Positions 45,281-56,794 of a DNA stretch of 64,000 bases are shown one piece after another. Numbering within the stretch: position 1 is the stretch's first letter; every line of letters begins with the position of its first letter. The notes beneath the pieces are model-generated. The model was given only the letters and a program-made list of their open reading frames with translations. It was not told where the DNA came from and searched no databases. The translations under genes were made by a program, and so were the position numbers. The DNA is from an uncultured Acidobacteriota bacterium (GTDB taxonomy: Bacteria > Acidobacteriota > Thermoanaerobaculia > Gp7-AA8), in contig CAVUKB010000010.1 in NCBI GenBank assembly GCA_963741955.1, positions 160,001 to 224,000 on the forward strand. The letters run 5' to 3'.

Positions 45281-45706
45281 ATGTTGATGCCGAAGAAAGT
45301 GAAGTTCAGAAAGCAGCAGCGCGGCCGTCGGGCCGGTGTCGCGTCGCGAGGTGCGTCGATCTCGTTCGGCGATTTCGGGCTGCAGGCGCTCGAGGCCGGC
45401 TGGATCACCGCGAGACAGATCGAAGCGGCCCGTATCGCGATGACCCGGCACATCAAGCGCGGAGGTAAGATCTGGATCCGCGTGTTCCCGGACAAGCCGG
45501 TGACCAAGAAGCCTCTCGAAACGCGTATGGGAAAAGGGAAGGGCGCTCCGGAGGAATGGGTGGCGGTGATCAAGCCTGCGCGCATCCTGTACGAGATGGA
45601 AGGGGTTTCGCGCGAGGTCGCGGAAGAAGCCTTCCGGCTCGCGGCCCACAAGCTCGGGATCAAGACCCGTTTCGTCACCCGTGAGGAGATGGAGGTGGGC
45701 TCATGA
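45281..45706 (+). CDS. rplP: 50S ribosomal protein L16
   Basis: QIEAAR, RMGKGKG. Confidence 0.99.
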   Translation: MLMPKKVKFRKQQRGRRAGVASRGASISFGDFGLQALEAGWITARQIEAARIAMTRHIKRGGKIWIRVFPDKPVTKKPLETRMGKGKGAPEEWVAVIKPARILYEMEGVSREVAEEAFRLAAHKLGIKTRFVTREEMEVGS

Positions 45707-45909
45707 GCAGGACCGATGCGCTTCGTGAGAAGTCGGAGACCGATCTCCATCTTCAGGTACGCCAGCTCGAGGAGCAGCTGTTCAAGCTGCGTTTTCAGCG
45801 CGCGACCGGCTCGATGGAGAACGTGATGAAGATGCGCCAGGTGCGGCGGGACATCGCCCGGGCCAAGACGGTCCTCCGCGAGCGCGAGCTGGCAGAGGCG
45901 AGTAAGTAG
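45703..45909 (+). CDS. rpmC: 50S ribosomal protein L29
   Basis: [16 protein letters not shown]. Confidence 0.97.
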   Translation: MSRTDALREKSETDLHLQVRQLEEQLFKLRFQRATGSMENVMKMRQVRRDIARAKTVLRERELAEASK

Positions 45910-45953
45910 CGAGAGTCGCGGGCGAATACGTTCGGGCCCGACGGAGAACTGAA

Positions 45954-46229
45954 ATGGCGGCAGAAGAGAAGAAAGAATCCGGGACGAGGCGGGTGACCAA
46001 GGTTGGAGTCGTCGTCTCGAACAAGATGGAAAAGACAGTGGTGGTCGCGGTGGAGAACCTGGTTCTCCACGGGATGTACCGCAAATACATCAAGCGGACG
46101 GCGAAGTTCCTCGCGCATTGCGAGAACAACGACTGCAACGTCGGCGACCGGGTGGTGATCGAAGAGACCAGGCCCCTTTCAAAGCGGAAGCGATGGAACG
46201 TGGCCGAGGTAGTGCAGCGCGCGTCGTGA
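45954..46229 (+). CDS. rpsQ: 30S ribosomal protein S17
   Basis: [18 protein letters not shown]. Confidence 0.98.
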   Translation: MAAEEKKESGTRRVTKVGVVVSNKMEKTVVVAVENLVLHGMYRKYIKRTAKFLAHCENNDCNVGDRVVIEETRPLSKRKRWNVAEVVQRAS

Positions 46230-46281
46230 CCGTCGACGGCTCTGACAGTGCCGCTCGAGGCGAGGAAGCGAGGAACGAACC

Positions 46282-46653
46282 ATGATTCAGATGCGAACGA
46301 TTCTGAATGTCGCCGACAACACGGGCGCCAAGAAGATCTCGGCGATCAAGATGATCGGCGGGTCGACCAAAGGCAAGTATGCCCGGATCGGAGACGTGAT
46401 CACCGCCTCGGTGAAAGAGGCCGCTCCGGACGGCACCGTGAAGAAGGGCGCCGTCGTGAAGGCAGTCATCGTCCGGACCGTCAAGGAGCTCCGCCGCCGC
46501 GACGGCTCGTACATCAAGTTCGACGACAATGCAGCAGTGCTGATCAATGACGCCGGTGAGCCGGTCGGGACGCGCGTTTTCGGTCCCGTGGCCCGGGAGC
46601 TTCGTGAGCGGAAATTCATGAAGATCATTTCGCTCGCGCCGGAAGTGATCTGA
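46282..46653 (+). CDS. rplN: 50S ribosomal protein L14
   Basis: [20 protein letters not shown]. Confidence 0.99.
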   Translation: MIQMRTILNVADNTGAKKISAIKMIGGSTKGKYARIGDVITASVKEAAPDGTVKKGAVVKAVIVRTVKELRRRDGSYIKFDDNAAVLINDAGEPVGTRVFGPVARELRERKFMKIISLAPEVI

Positions 46654-46664
46654 GGACCTGACGA

Positions 46665-47024
46665 ATGTTTGGCAAGACGAGCAAGAAGAAAGTGGCAGAG
46701 GGCTCCGGAAAGGCTCACGTGCACAAGGACGACCTCGTCCAGGTGACCGCAGGCCGTGACCGAGGCAAGCAGGGGAAAGTTCTCCGCGTGAACCCGGCGG
46801 CTGGAACGGCGGTGGTCGAGCACGTGAACTTCGTCAAGAAGCACGAGCGCAAGAACCCGTCGAAGAACCAGCAGGGGGGGATCCTGGAGCGCGAGGCGCC
46901 CATTGCGATCTCGAATCTCAAGGTGGTCTGCTCCCAGTGCGGACAACCGACCCGGATGGGATCGAAGGAGATCGAAGGCCAGCACATTCGCACGTGCAAG
47001 AAATGCGGAGCGGAGCTCGGCTGA
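46665..47024 (+). CDS. rplX: 50S ribosomal protein L24
   Basis: [19 protein letters not shown]. Confidence 0.98.
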   Translation: MFGKTSKKKVAEGSGKAHVHKDDLVQVTAGRDRGKQGKVLRVNPAAGTAVVEHVNFVKKHERKNPSKNQQGGILEREAPIAISNLKVVCSQCGQPTRMGSKEIEGQHIRTCKKCGAELG

Positions 47025-47079
47025 GCCGGGAACTCGAAGTCAGAAAAGGGGTCCTATCTTCGGACCGACGAGGAAAACG

Positions 47080-47622
47080 ATGGCTGCAAGGCTCAAGGAA
47101 CTCTACCACTCGGAAGTGCGCCAGAAACTCCAGAAGGAGTTCGCGATCGAAAACGTGATGGCCATTCCGAAAATCGAAAAGGTCGTGCTCAATATGGGGC
47201 TCGGCGAAGCAATCCAGAACTCGAAGATCCTCGACAACGGCGTCGACGAGCTCACCTCGATCGCCGGACAGAAGCCGGTGATCACTCGCGCGAAGAAGTC
47301 CATCGCGGCGTTCAAGCTTCGCGAAGGGATGCCCATCGGCACCATGGTCACACTTCGCGGAGAGCGGATGTACGAGTTCCTCGACCGGTTGATCAACGTC
47401 GCGCTGCCGCGCGTGCGTGACTTCCGCGGGGTCTCGACCAAGGCCTTCGACGGACGCGGAAATTACACCCTCGGCGTGCGGGATCATCTGATTTTTCCCG
47501 AGATCGACTACTCCAAGGTGGACAAGTCGAAGGGGATGAACATCACCATCGTCACCACGGCGAAAAACGACGAGCAGGCGCGGTTTCTCCTGCGCGAGCT
47601 CGGGATGCCATTCGGCCGCTGA
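47080..47622 (+). CDS. rplE: 50S ribosomal protein L5
   Basis: [17 protein letters not shown]. Confidence 0.99.
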   Translation: MAARLKELYHSEVRQKLQKEFAIENVMAIPKIEKVVLNMGLGEAIQNSKILDNGVDELTSIAGQKPVITRAKKSIAAFKLREGMPIGTMVTLRGERMYEFLDRLINVALPRVRDFRGVSTKAFDGRGNYTLGVRDHLIFPEIDYSKVDKSKGMNITIVTTAKNDEQARFLLRELGMPFGR

Positions 47623-47660
47623 GCGGTCGTTGGAAGGATTCAGGAGACAGAAGGATCGTT

Positions 47661-47846
47661 ATGGCGCGAACAGCAATGATCGTGAAGGCGGAGCGGAAAC
47701 CGAAGTTTTCGACCCGGAAAAGAAACCGCTGCAAGGTTTGCGGCCGGCCGCGCGGGTTCCTGCGGAAATTCCAGCTTTGCCGAATCTGCTTCCGGAAGCT
47801 GTCTCTCGCGGGCTACATCCCCGGTGTGACCAAGGCCAGCTGGTAA
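47661..47846 (+). CDS. rpsN: 30S ribosomal protein S14, short zinc-binding type
   Basis: 61 aa, RCKVCGR...LCRICFR. Confidence 0.98.
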   Translation: MARTAMIVKAERKPKFSTRKRNRCKVCGRPRGFLRKFQLCRICFRKLSLAGYIPGVTKASW

Positions 47847-47922
47847 GGCGGCCGGATACGAACTGGCCGCGTCTCGAGTCGGAGATCGATTCGAACTGCG
47901 GTTAAGCGGAGGAAACGAAGCA

Positions 47923-48324
47923 ATGTCGATGACTGATCCAGTAGCAGATATGCTGACGCGGATCCGGAATGGGATCCAGTCGCGTCACGAGCGCGTCGAG
48001 CTTCCGGCGTCGAAGCTCAAAGTGGAGATCGCCCGAATCCTCAAGGACGAAGGGTACATCAGCAACTTCAAGGTGACCGAGGACGAAAAGCCGCAGGCGA
48101 CTCTGAGGCTCTATCTCCGGTACTCCGAGGGCGGCGACTCGGTGATCCACGGAATCGAGCGCGTCTCGCGTCCCGGCCGCCGGGTCTACCGCGGAAACGT
48201 CGAGATCCCCCGGGTGCTCGGCGGACTCGGACTGGCCATCGTCTCGACCTCGTCCGGTGTTCTTTCGGGCGCCGAGGCAAGTCGCAAGGGAATCGGCGGA
48301 GAGGTTCTCTGCCAGGTCTGGTAA
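47923..48324 (+). CDS. rpsH: 30S ribosomal protein S8
   Basis: DPVADMLTRIRN, SRPGRRVY, GGEV. Confidence 0.99.
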   Translation: MSMTDPVADMLTRIRNGIQSRHERVELPASKLKVEIARILKDEGYISNFKVTEDEKPQATLRLYLRYSEGGDSVIHGIERVSRPGRRVYRGNVEIPRVLGGLGLAIVSTSSGVLSGAEASRKGIGGEVLCQVW

Positions 48325-48335
48325 GGAGTGACGCG

Positions 48336-48875
48336 ATGTCGCGCATCGGAAGAAAAGAAATCCCGCTCCCCAAGGGAGTGGAGGTCCGGCAGGACGGCGA
48401 ACAGATCGTCGTGAAGGGACCCAAAGGGACCCTCAAGACGAACATGGTTCCCGGAATCACGATGAAGATCGAAGACAACGTCGTGACGTTCGAGCGGAAA
48501 GACGACCAGAGCCAGAGCCGTGCGTTTCACGGACTGATGCGGGCACTGGTGGCGAACCACGTCACCGGCGTGACCGAAGGCTTCAAGCGTGAGCTCGACA
48601 TCATCGGGGTCGGTTACCGTGCGGAAGTGAAGGGGAAAGAAGTCGTGTTTCAGCTCGGCTACTCTCACCCCATCCGCTTCCCGGTTCCGGAGGGAATCGA
48701 GATCGCGGTCGACAAATCCGGACACGTCGTGGTGACCGGAAATGACAAGCAGCGGGTCGGCCAGACCGCCGCCGAGATTCGTTCTCTGCGCGAGCCGGAC
48801 CCTTACAAAGGCAAGGGAATCAAGTATTCGGACGAGATCATCCGACGCAAGGCCGGGAAGGCCGCGGGTCGCTGA
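48336..48875 (+). CDS. rplF: 50S ribosomal protein L6
   Basis: [14 protein letters not shown]. Confidence 0.99.
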   Translation: MSRIGRKEIPLPKGVEVRQDGEQIVVKGPKGTLKTNMVPGITMKIEDNVVTFERKDDQSQSRAFHGLMRALVANHVTGVTEGFKRELDIIGVGYRAEVKGKEVVFQLGYSHPIRFPVPEGIEIAVDKSGHVVVTGNDKQRVGQTAAEIRSLREPDPYKGKGIKYSDEIIRRKAGKAAGR

Positions 48876-48928
48876 TCGAGTTCCGCAACAATCAGCCGGC
48901 TACGATGCGTCGGCGAGAGGAAGAAGAA

Positions 48929-49294
48929 ATGGATCGCGCAAGACAGAGAACGATCGCAAGAGGCCGGGTCCGGGAACGGATTCGCCGGAAGCTTCGGGGA
49001 ACCGCGGAACGTCCGCGGCTCGCGGTCTTTAAGAGCCACAAACACATCTACGTCCAGGCGGTGGACGACTCGGCCGGACGAACCCTGGCGGCCGCTTCGA
49101 CGATGGATGCGGATCTGAAGGGAAAATTCGCGGGATCGAACGCAGCGGCTGCAAAGGCGGTCGGGGAGCTCATCGCCCAGCGGGTCCAGGCGGCGGGAGT
49201 CAAGCAGGTCGTCTTCGATCGTGGCGGCTATCTGTATCACGGCAACATCAAAGCGCTCGCCGATGCGGCGCGTGAGAAGGGCCTGCAGTTCTGA
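48929..49294 (+). CDS. rplR: 50S ribosomal protein L18
   Basis: [19 protein letters not shown]. Confidence 0.99.
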   Translation: MDRARQRTIARGRVRERIRRKLRGTAERPRLAVFKSHKHIYVQAVDDSAGRTLAAASTMDADLKGKFAGSNAAAAKAVGELIAQRVQAAGVKQVVFDRGGYLYHGNIKALADAAREKGLQF

Positions 49295-49322
49295 ACGGAG
49301 TCTGCCGGACAATTCGGAGGAA

Positions 49323-49880
49323 ATGGTGCAGCGTCAAGGACAGGGATCACGAGGAGCAGATCGCCGCGACGACCGGTCAGACAGTGGTCTGATCGACAAG
49401 GTCGTCTACATCAACCGCGTCACGAAGGTCGTGAAGGGCGGCAAGAACTTCAGCTTCAGCGCGCTGGTCGTGGTCGGCGACGGTCACGGGCGCGTCGGCT
49501 ATGGTTCGGGGAAAGCGAAGGAAGTTCCTTCGGCCATCAAGAAGGGGATCGAGATCGCGAAGCGAAACATGATTCCCGTGGCGATGGATGGAACGACCAT
49601 TCCTCATGCCACGCTCGGCCGCTTCGGTGCCGGAAGGGTCCTGCTCAAGCCGGCCTCGGCTGGAACCGGGGTCATCGCCGGAGGTCCCGTTCGGGCGATC
49701 CTCGAGTCCGCAGGGATTCAGGACATTCTGACCAAATCGCTCGGCACGGCCAATCCTCACAATGTCGTGAAGGCGACGTTCGAGGCGCTCAAGCAGCTCC
49801 GGACAGAGGAAGAATACCGGCGGCTTCGCGGTCAGACCGAAGTCGAACAACCGGCCGCAGCGGCGGCGGAGGCAGAGTGA
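49323..49880 (+). CDS. rpsE: 30S ribosomal protein S5
   Basis: [17 protein letters not shown]. Confidence 0.99.
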   Translation: MVQRQGQGSRGADRRDDRSDSGLIDKVVYINRVTKVVKGGKNFSFSALVVVGDGHGRVGYGSGKAKEVPSAIKKGIEIAKRNMIPVAMDGTTIPHATLGRFGAGRVLLKPASAGTGVIAGGPVRAILESAGIQDILTKSLGTANPHNVVKATFEALKQLRTEEEYRRLRGQTEVEQPAAAAAEAE

Positions 49881-50080
49881 TGGCGGCGGAGAAGAAGAGC
49901 AGCGCCAAGGTTCTGCGTATCCGGCAGATTCGCAGCGGAATCGGATTCCCGGTGGGAATGCGCGAGACTCTCAAGGGTCTCGGATTGCGACGTCTCCACC
50001 AGGAAGTCGAACGGGCGGACACGCCTGAAATCCGTGGAATGATCAGCAAGGTCTCGCACCTCGTCGAGGTGGTGGAGTAA
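49880..50080 (+). CDS. rpmD: 50S ribosomal protein L30
   Basis: [17 protein letters not shown]. Confidence 0.97.
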   Translation: MAAEKKSSAKVLRIRQIRSGIGFPVGMRETLKGLGLRRLHQEVERADTPEIRGMISKVSHLVEVVE

Positions 50081-50153
50081 CCGACCTCGCGGATCGGATG
50101 CGTCCGGGGCCTGGAACGCCAGGCCGGTCGTATCGTGCAGAATGGAGAAACCG

Positions 50154-50594
50154 ATGGAACTGAGCAATCTCAAACCGAACAAAGGATCCCGCCACGCGAA
50201 GAAGCGTGTCGGCCGCGGCCCCGGATCGGGCCACGGCAAGACTGCCGGTCGTGGTGAAAATGGTCAGAAGTCCCGTACGGGATTCTCGCGGATGCTCGGA
50301 TTCGAAGGCGGCCAGATGCCGCTTCACCGCCGGCTTCCGAAGCGTGGGTTCCACAATCTGAGCCGAATCGAGTTCGCAGTGGTGAATCTCGCGGACCTCG
50401 AACGGTTCGAGCCGGGAACCACGGTCGACATCGATCTTCTCCGGAAGAGTGGTCTGGTGAACAGCCGCAAACCGGTCAAGATCCTCGGAACCGGTGAGCT
50501 GACCAAGAACCTCACGGTCCAGGCGAACAAGTTCTCGAAGAGCGCCAGGACGAAGATCGAAGCAGCAGGCGGAGCTTGCCAGGAGCTACAGTGA
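50154..50594 (+). CDS. rplO: 50S ribosomal protein L15
   Basis: [17 protein letters not shown]. Confidence 0.99.
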   Translation: MELSNLKPNKGSRHAKKRVGRGPGSGHGKTAGRGENGQKSRTGFSRMLGFEGGQMPLHRRLPKRGFHNLSRIEFAVVNLADLERFEPGTTVDIDLLRKSGLVNSRKPVKILGTGELTKNLTVQANKFSKSARTKIEAAGGACQELQ

Positions 50595-51997
50595 ATCTCA
50601 TCGAGACGATCCGTAACATTTTTTCGATTCCGGACCTCCGGAAGCGAATCTATTTCACGCTGGCACTGCTGGCGGTGTATCGCCTCGGTGCCCACGTGCC
50701 GACGCCCGGAATCGACCCGGTTGCGCTCGCGGAGTTCTTCAAGTCGATGCAGTCCGGAATCCTCGGGTTCCTCGACCTCTTCTCCGGTGGCGCCCTTCGA
50801 AGGCTTTCGGTCTTCGCGCTCGGGATCATGCCTTACATTTCGGCATCGATCATTCTGCAGCTTCTGACCGTGGTCTGGCCGTATCTCGAGAAGCTGTCCA
50901 AAGAGGGCGAGCTCGGTCGCCGCAAGATCAATCAGTACACCCGCTACGGCACCATCGCCCTCTCGATCATCCAGTCCCTCGGCGTCGCATTCTGGCTTCG
51001 CGCTCAGGCCGCCCCCGGTGGGGCCCCGCTGGTCCCGGCATCCGTTCAATCTTCGTTGTGGGGCCTCGGCTTTCCGCTGATGACGGTACTGACCCTGACC
51101 ACCGGAACCACCTTCATCATGTGGCTCGGTGAGCAGATCTCCGATCGCGGTATCGGCAACGGCATCTCGCTGATCATCTTCGCGGGCATCGTGGTCAACC
51201 TCCCCTCGGCATCGATCAACACGCTGTCGTCGGTGCGCACCGGTGAGCACAACATTTTCGCCGTCGCCATTCTGGTCATCTTCATGACCCTGGTCGTGGC
51301 ATTCGTGGTGTTCATGGAGAGGGCGCAGCGGAGGATCCCGGTCCAGTACGCGAAAAGGGTGGTCGGCCGGAAAGTCTACGGTGGCTCGGCGACGTACCTG
51401 CCGCTCCGCGTGAACACTGCGGGCGTCATTCCGCCGATCTTCGCCTCATCGATCCTCGTGTTTCCCCAGACGCTGGCGAGCATGATCAAGGCTCCGTGGG
51501 CCCAGGCGATCTCTCGTCAGATCGGGATGGGCGAGCCGATCTACTACGGTCTGCAGGTGATCGGGATCATCTTCTTCTCGTTCTTCTACACCTCCATCGT
51601 CTTCAATCCGGTCGACGTGTCGGACAACATGCGGAAGTACGGCGGCTTCATCCCCGGCATCCGTCCGGGGCGCAAGACCGCCGACTACATCGACCGGGTT
51701 CTCTCGAGGATCACGTTCGTCGGGTCGATCTACCTCGCGGCGGTCTGTGTGCTTCCCGAGTTCCTGATCACCGGTATCCACGTGAACCAGCTTCCGTGGT
51801 TCGGAGCGTCGCTCGACCGGCTGCTTCCGACGTGGATGACCACCGGCCTCGGCTTCCAGTTCTACTTCGGCGGCACGTCGCTGCTGATCGTCGTCGGCGT
51901 CGCGATGGATACCCTCCAGCAGGTCGAGTCGCAGCTCGTGATGAGGCACTACGACGGGTTCATGCGTCGGGGCCGGATCCGCGGGCGCAGGGCGTAG
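50591..51997 (+). CDS. secY: Preprotein translocase subunit SecY
   Basis: [35 protein letters not shown]. Confidence 0.99.
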   Translation: MNLIETIRNIFSIPDLRKRIYFTLALLAVYRLGAHVPTPGIDPVALAEFFKSMQSGILGFLDLFSGGALRRLSVFALGIMPYISASIILQLLTVVWPYLEKLSKEGELGRRKINQYTRYGTIALSIIQSLGVAFWLRAQAAPGGAPLVPASVQSSLWGLGFPLMTVLTLTTGTTFIMWLGEQISDRGIGNGISLIIFAGIVVNLPSASINTLSSVRTGEHNIFAVAILVIFMTLVVAFVVFMERAQRRIPVQYAKRVVGRKVYGGSATYLPLRVNTAGVIPPIFASSILVFPQTLASMIKAPWAQAISRQIGMGEPIYYGLQVIGIIFFSFFYTSIVFNPVDVSDNMRKYGGFIPGIRPGRKTADYIDRVLSRITFVGSIYLAAVCVLPEFLITGIHVNQLPWFGASLDRLLPTWMTTGLGFQFYFGGTSLLIVVGVAMDTLQQVESQLVMRHYDGFMRRGRIRGRRA

Positions 51998-52006
51998 GAG
52001 CGGAGC

Positions 52007-52660
52007 GTGAAAGTCATTCTCATCGGCGCCCCCGGGAGCGGGAAAGGAACCCAGGCCAAACTCCTGTCGGAGCGGCTCGGGGTCCCGCACATTTCGACCG
52101 GCGACATTCTCCGGCAGAACGTCCGTGAGGGTACCGAGCTGGGCCGTAAGGCATCCCCGATCATGGAAGCGGGAGGCCTCGTTCCCGATGACCTTATGGT
52201 CTCGATGATTGCGGAGCGTCTGAAAAGCGGAGACGTCGCCGGCGGATTCATTCTGGACGGGTTCCCTCGAACCGTGGCACAGGCCGAGAAGCTGGACACG
52301 CTTCTGAGGGCCGACGCAAACGGGAATGGAATGAAGGACTTGCGCGTTGTGCACTTTTCGGTCCCCGACGAAGCAATCGTCAGCCGGATCACCGGACGCC
52401 GGTCGTGTCAGAAATGCGGCGCCGTGTACCACATCGAAAATAACCCACCGAAGGTCGCGGGAACGTGCGACCTCTGTGGGGCAACTCTCGTTTCGCGCCC
52501 GGACGACACCGAAGTCGCAGTGAGAAAACGTCTGGATGCGTATCGGGAGCAGACGGTCCCGGTTCTGGATCACTACCGGGAGCAGAACGTGTTGCGTGAC
52601 GTCGACGGGTATGGACCCGTCGACGAGGTCTTTGAACGAGTGGAAAAGTCGCTTCGCTGA
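52007..52660 (+). CDS. adk: Adenylate kinase
   Basis: GAPGSGKGTQ, LDGFPRT, Zn-type LID (CQKC...CDLC). Confidence 0.98.
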   Translation: MKVILIGAPGSGKGTQAKLLSERLGVPHISTGDILRQNVREGTELGRKASPIMEAGGLVPDDLMVSMIAERLKSGDVAGGFILDGFPRTVAQAEKLDTLLRADANGNGMKDLRVVHFSVPDEAIVSRITGRRSCQKCGAVYHIENNPPKVAGTCDLCGATLVSRPDDTEVAVRKRLDAYREQTVPVLDHYREQNVLRDVDGYGPVDEVFERVEKSLR

Positions 52661-53469
52661 TGAAGGGTCCGATCCTCAAGTCGCAGGAAGAGATCGCGGT
52701 CATGGACCGCGCCAACCGCGTGGTTCACGAGATTCTCGCGATTCTGCGGGAGATGATCCGGCCCGGCGTGACGACGGGGCAGCTCAACGCGGTTGCTGAA
52801 GAAGAGCTTGCGAGACGCGGTGCGAAGTCGCCCTTCAAGGGGTATGCGCCGATGGGGATGCCTCCATATCCGGGCGTGGTCTGTACTTCCATCAACGACG
52901 TCATCGTCCACGGAATCCCGGGACGGGAGCGGTTGAAGGAAGGTGATCTGATCGGCCTGGACTTCGGCGCGATTCTGGACGGGTTCGTCGGTGACGGCGC
53001 GATCACAGTCGGAGTCGGAGAGGTCGGCGCGGCGGCCGAGCTGCTGAAGGAAACGACCCGCGAGTGTCTCGATCTGGCGGTCGAGCAGATGCGGCCGGGG
53101 CAGCATCTCGGCGACATCGGCGCGGCGGTGCAGGAGCATGCGGAATCGCGGGGATTTCACGTGATCCGGAGTTTCGTCGGGCACGGGATCGGGCGGAGGA
53201 TGCACGAAGATCCGCAGGTCTACAACTACGGCATCCGGGGACGCGGGCTCGAATTGAAGGAAGGGATGGTTCTGGCGATCGAGCCGATGGTATGCGAGAT
53301 CGGCCCGAGGCTGGAATCACGGATCCAGCGCTCCAGTGACGGAATGGTTCAGGATGTGAGGACGGATCGGGATGGCTGGACCGCCAGGACGATCGACGGC
53401 GGGCTGGCGGCTCATTTCGAATACTCGGTCGCAGTCACCGCCGAGGGTCCGAAGGTGCTCGGTCTGTGA
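52660..53469 (+). CDS. map: Methionine aminopeptidase type I
   Basis: VHGIP, GHGIG, HEDP, IEPM, DGWT, AHFE. Confidence 0.97.
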   Translation: MKGPILKSQEEIAVMDRANRVVHEILAILREMIRPGVTTGQLNAVAEEELARRGAKSPFKGYAPMGMPPYPGVVCTSINDVIVHGIPGRERLKEGDLIGLDFGAILDGFVGDGAITVGVGEVGAAAELLKETTRECLDLAVEQMRPGQHLGDIGAAVQEHAESRGFHVIRSFVGHGIGRRMHEDPQVYNYGIRGRGLELKEGMVLAIEPMVCEIGPRLESRIQRSSDGMVQDVRTDRDGWTARTIDGGLAAHFEYSVAVTAEGPKVLGL

Positions 53470-53507
53470 GGTTCGATGCGGCGGATGGCCGTAGACGGTA
53501 AGGGAAG

Positions 53508-53726
53508 ATGTCCAAAGAAGATGCGATCGAAGTGATGGGTACGGTTCTCGAGACACTGCCGAATGCGATGTTTCAGGTCGAGCTGGAGAACAAGCACAAG
53601 GTGCTCGCTCACATATCGGGAAAGATGCGGAAGCACTTCATCCGCATCCTTCCGGGAGACAGGGTTCTGGTCGAGCTCTCGCCGTACGATCTGACGCGCG
53701 GGCGCATCATCTATCGGTACAAGTGA
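53508..53726 (+). CDS. infA: Translation initiation factor IF-1
   Basis: [22 protein letters not shown]. Confidence 0.99.
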   Translation: MSKEDAIEVMGTVLETLPNAMFQVELENKHKVLAHISGKMRKHFIRILPGDRVLVELSPYDLTRGRIIYRYK

Positions 53727-53736
53727 GGCAACGGGT

Positions 53737-53850
53737 ATGAAGGTACGTTCTTCAGTCAAGAGAATTTGCGCGAAATGCAAGATCGTTCGGCGGGCCGGAG
53801 TGATCCGGGTGCTGTGCGACAACCCGAAACACAAGCAGCGTCAGGGATGA
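53737..53850 (+). CDS. rpmJ: 50S ribosomal protein L36 (too short for the ORF track)
   Basis: Read directly: [37 protein letters not shown]. Confidence 0.98.
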   Translation: MKVRSSVKRICAKCKIVRRAGVIRVLCDNPKHKQRQG

Positions 53851-53985
53851 GAAGGCGCATCGGCCGGCCTGGTCCGGTCGAACACGTCGAGCTCTTGGAA
53901 ACAACGGAACAGAGAAAGACCATGTCTGGATCTTCTGACTCGAACGGCCGTGAGCTGACGGCCAGAAGCTCCATCGGAGGCTTTT

Positions 53986-54369
53986 GTGGCACGAATCGCA
54001 GGCGTTGACCTTCCGCTGAACAAGAGAGTGGAGATCGGGCTGACCTACATCTTCGGGATCGGCCGGACCCGGTCGAACCGGATCCTGGCGAAAGCTGCGG
54101 TCAGCCCCGAGAAGCGGGTGAAGGACCTCGATGAAGACGAGGTTCACAAGATCCGTCAGATCATCCAGGACGAAGGAAGGGTCGAAGGTGACCTTCGCAA
54201 AGACATCGGCCTGGACATCAAACGGCTGATGGAGATCAACTGTTATCGGGGGATGCGGCATCGCCGGGGACTTCCAGTCAACGGCCAGCGGACGCATACG
54301 AACGCGCGCACACGCAAGGGTCCGCGTCGCGCTTCGATCGCCGGCAAGAAGAAGCCCGGCAAGAAGTAG
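53986..54369 (+). CDS. rpsM: 30S ribosomal protein S13
   Basis: [20 protein letters not shown]. Confidence 0.99.
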   Translation: MARIAGVDLPLNKRVEIGLTYIFGIGRTRSNRILAKAAVSPEKRVKDLDEDEVHKIRQIIQDEGRVEGDLRKDIGLDIKRLMEINCYRGMRHRRGLPVNGQRTHTNARTRKGPRRASIAGKKKPGKK

Positions 54370-54454
54370 TCAGGAATGCGGCTCCGGTTGCCGGAGTCAG
54401 GGATGAAGGCGGGATCTCCCGTCGCAACAGAACGTTTGAACGAAGGAAAGACGC

Positions 54455-54865
54455 ATGGCTAAAGGGAAAGCCGGAGCAGGGTCGCGCCGCGCCGGAACGA
54501 AGAAGAGAGAGCGCAAAAACGTTCCTCACGGCGTTGCCTCGGTGGCAGCGAGCTTCAACAACACGATCGTCTCGATCTCGGATCCGATGGGTAACGTGCT
54601 CGCCTGGTCGAGCGCGGGTCGGATCGGATTCAAGGGCTCGCGCAAAGGAACTCCCTTCGCGGCTCAGGTTGCGGCGCAGAACGCTGCCCAGACGGCGCAG
54701 GAGAATGGCGTCCGCAGTGTCGACGTGAAGGTGAAGGGACCCGGCGCGGGACGCGAGTCGGCGATCCGGGCGCTCGCCGCGAGCGGCCTGGACATCAAGT
54801 CCATCAAGGACGTGACTCCGATTCCGCACAACGGCTGCCGTCCTCCGAAACGCCGGCGCGTTTGA
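54455..54865 (+). CDS. rpsK: 30S ribosomal protein S11
   Basis: [20 protein letters not shown]. Confidence 0.99.
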   Translation: MAKGKAGAGSRRAGTKKRERKNVPHGVASVAASFNNTIVSISDPMGNVLAWSSAGRIGFKGSRKGTPFAAQVAAQNAAQTAQENGVRSVDVKVKGPGAGRESAIRALAASGLDIKSIKDVTPIPHNGCRPPKRRRV

Positions 54866-55022
54866 GGCCGAAGAGTTGAAACAGGCGGCGGCGTCTCTTC
54901 GATGATTCCGCTGCAGACGTGGGAAGAAGCTTCGTGCCGGGTCAGAACCGGCGATGAATGAACCGACGATCACCAGGAACGCAGATCGAACCGATTCGCA
55001 ACGATTTGCTTTAGGAGGCAAA

Positions 55023-55649
55023 GTGGCACGTTACACCGATCCCGTTTGCCGGCTCTGCCGACGCGAGGGAATGAAGCTGTTCCTCAAGGGGGACCGCTGC
55101 TTCAAGGACAAGTGCGCCATCGAACGGCGGAGTTACCCTCCAGGCCAGCACGGGCGGCGCCGCTCGAAGATTCTCGGGTATGGTCTTCAGCTTCGTGAGA
55201 AGCAGAAGGTCAAGAGGATCTACGGCGTCCTGGAGCGTCAGTTCCGGCTCTACTTCAAGGAAGCGGAGCGCCGTACCGGCATCACTGGCGAGAATCTGCT
55301 TCGGCAGCTCGAGCAGCGTCTCGACAACGTCGTTTACTCGCTCGGATTCGCTTCGTCCCGCGCACAGGCCCGGCAGCTGGTCCGCCACGGCCACGTGGAG
55401 GTGAACGGGAGAAAGCTCAACATCCCATCATATCAGGTGCGGAAGGGCGATCAGATTCAGGTGCGCGAGAAAAGCCGAAAGAACGACCAGATCCGGCAGG
55501 CCGTGGAGACTGCGGCCGGCCGCGGTGTCCCGGTGTGGATTCAGCTCAATGCCGAACAGTTCAGCGGCTCCGTGCTGGATGTTCCGAAGCGAGAGGACAT
55601 CCGTCTGCCGATTCAGGAGCAGCTTATCGTCGAACTCTACTCGAAGTAA
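55023..55649 (+). CDS. rpsD: 30S ribosomal protein S4
   Basis: [23 protein letters not shown]; GTG start after AGGAGG. Confidence 0.99.
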   Translation: MARYTDPVCRLCRREGMKLFLKGDRCFKDKCAIERRSYPPGQHGRRRSKILGYGLQLREKQKVKRIYGVLERQFRLYFKEAERRTGITGENLLRQLEQRLDNVVYSLGFASSRAQARQLVRHGHVEVNGRKLNIPSYQVRKGDQIQVREKSRKNDQIRQAVETAAGRGVPVWIQLNAEQFSGSVLDVPKREDIRLPIQEQLIVELYSK

Positions 55650-55666
55650 CAGCAGGAGGCCGTTGA

Positions 55667-56665
55667 ATGTTGTGGTCAGACTTCCAGAAACCCAAAAAGC
55701 TCGAATATGACGCAGAGACTCTGACGCCGACCTACGGCCGGTTCATCGCGCAGCCTTTCGAGCGAGGGTTCGGTACAACGATCGGCAATGCCCTGCGCAG
55801 GGTTCTGCTGTCGTCGATCGAAGGCGCTGCGATAACGGCCATCCGGGTCGAAGGGGTGCTCCACGAGTTCTCTTCCCTCACCGGAGTGGTCGAAGACATG
55901 ACGGACGTCGTTCTGAATCTCAAGCAGATTCCGTTCAAGCTCCACGGCCGCGGCCCGAAGACGCTCTATCTCGAAAAGAAGGGCGCCGGCACCGTCACCG
56001 CTGCCGATTTCGAGGCCGACGCGGACGTCGAGATTCTCGATCCCTCCGCGCACATCGCGACCCTCTCGAAGGAAGGTTCGCTGAAGATGGAGGTTCGGCT
56101 CAAGTTCGGCCGCGGCTATGTCGTCGCCGACAAGAATGCCGATCCCGATCTGGCCCTCGGGTATATCCCGATCGACTCGATCCACTCGCCCGTCCGGCGA
56201 GTGAATTACCACGTCGAAGGGGCGCGCGTCGGACAGATGACCGATTACGATCGGCTGGTCCTCGAAGTCTGGACCAATGGCGCGGTCACTCCGCAGGAAG
56301 CGCTTTCGCTCGCCGCGCAGCTGATCGGAGATCATCTGTCGATCTTCAGTTCCTTCGAGACCGCCGAGCAGCAGGAAGAGCTTCGGGAAGAGCCGTCTGT
56401 CGATCCGAAGTTGATGGAGCTTCTATCGAAGCCCATCGAAGAGCTCGATCTGTCCGTCCGCTCGGCGAACTGTCTGAAGAACGCGAACATCCGCACCGTC
56501 GGTGATCTGGTTCAGCGCACCGAACGGGAGATGCTTTCGACCAAGAATTTCGGTCGCAAGTCGCTCGACGAAATCAAGGACGTGCTCGACGGAATGGGCC
56601 TTTCGTTCGGGATGAACCTGAAGCAGATCGAACGTCGTCCCGAACCTGCCCACGCCGCAGAATAG
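55667..56665 (+). CDS. rpoA: RNA polymerase alpha subunit
   Basis: [27 protein letters not shown]. Confidence 0.99.
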   Translation: MLWSDFQKPKKLEYDAETLTPTYGRFIAQPFERGFGTTIGNALRRVLLSSIEGAAITAIRVEGVLHEFSSLTGVVEDMTDVVLNLKQIPFKLHGRGPKTLYLEKKGAGTVTAADFEADADVEILDPSAHIATLSKEGSLKMEVRLKFGRGYVVADKNADPDLALGYIPIDSIHSPVRRVNYHVEGARVGQMTDYDRLVLEVWTNGAVTPQEALSLAAQLIGDHLSIFSSFETAEQQEELREEPSVDPKLMELLSKPIEELDLSVRSANCLKNANIRTVGDLVQRTEREMLSTKNFGRKSLDEIKDVLDGMGLSFGMNLKQIERRPEPAHAAE

Positions 56666-56679
56666 ACGCCTACTCATCC

Positions 56680-56706
56680 ACGCGCGGGATCTCCCGCGCG
56701 TTTTTT
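56680..56706 (+). terminator. Intrinsic-terminator-like hairpin between rpoA and rplQ
   Basis: ACGCGCGGG-atct-CCCGCGCGT then T run. Confidence 0.7.
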
Positions 56707-56794
56707 CGTCCCACTGGGATCGAGGGTCGCTGCAAGGTATCGCTGGATCGGACTCGAGTGCAGGGCCACGACAATTGTTGAGGAGAAGTCGCCG

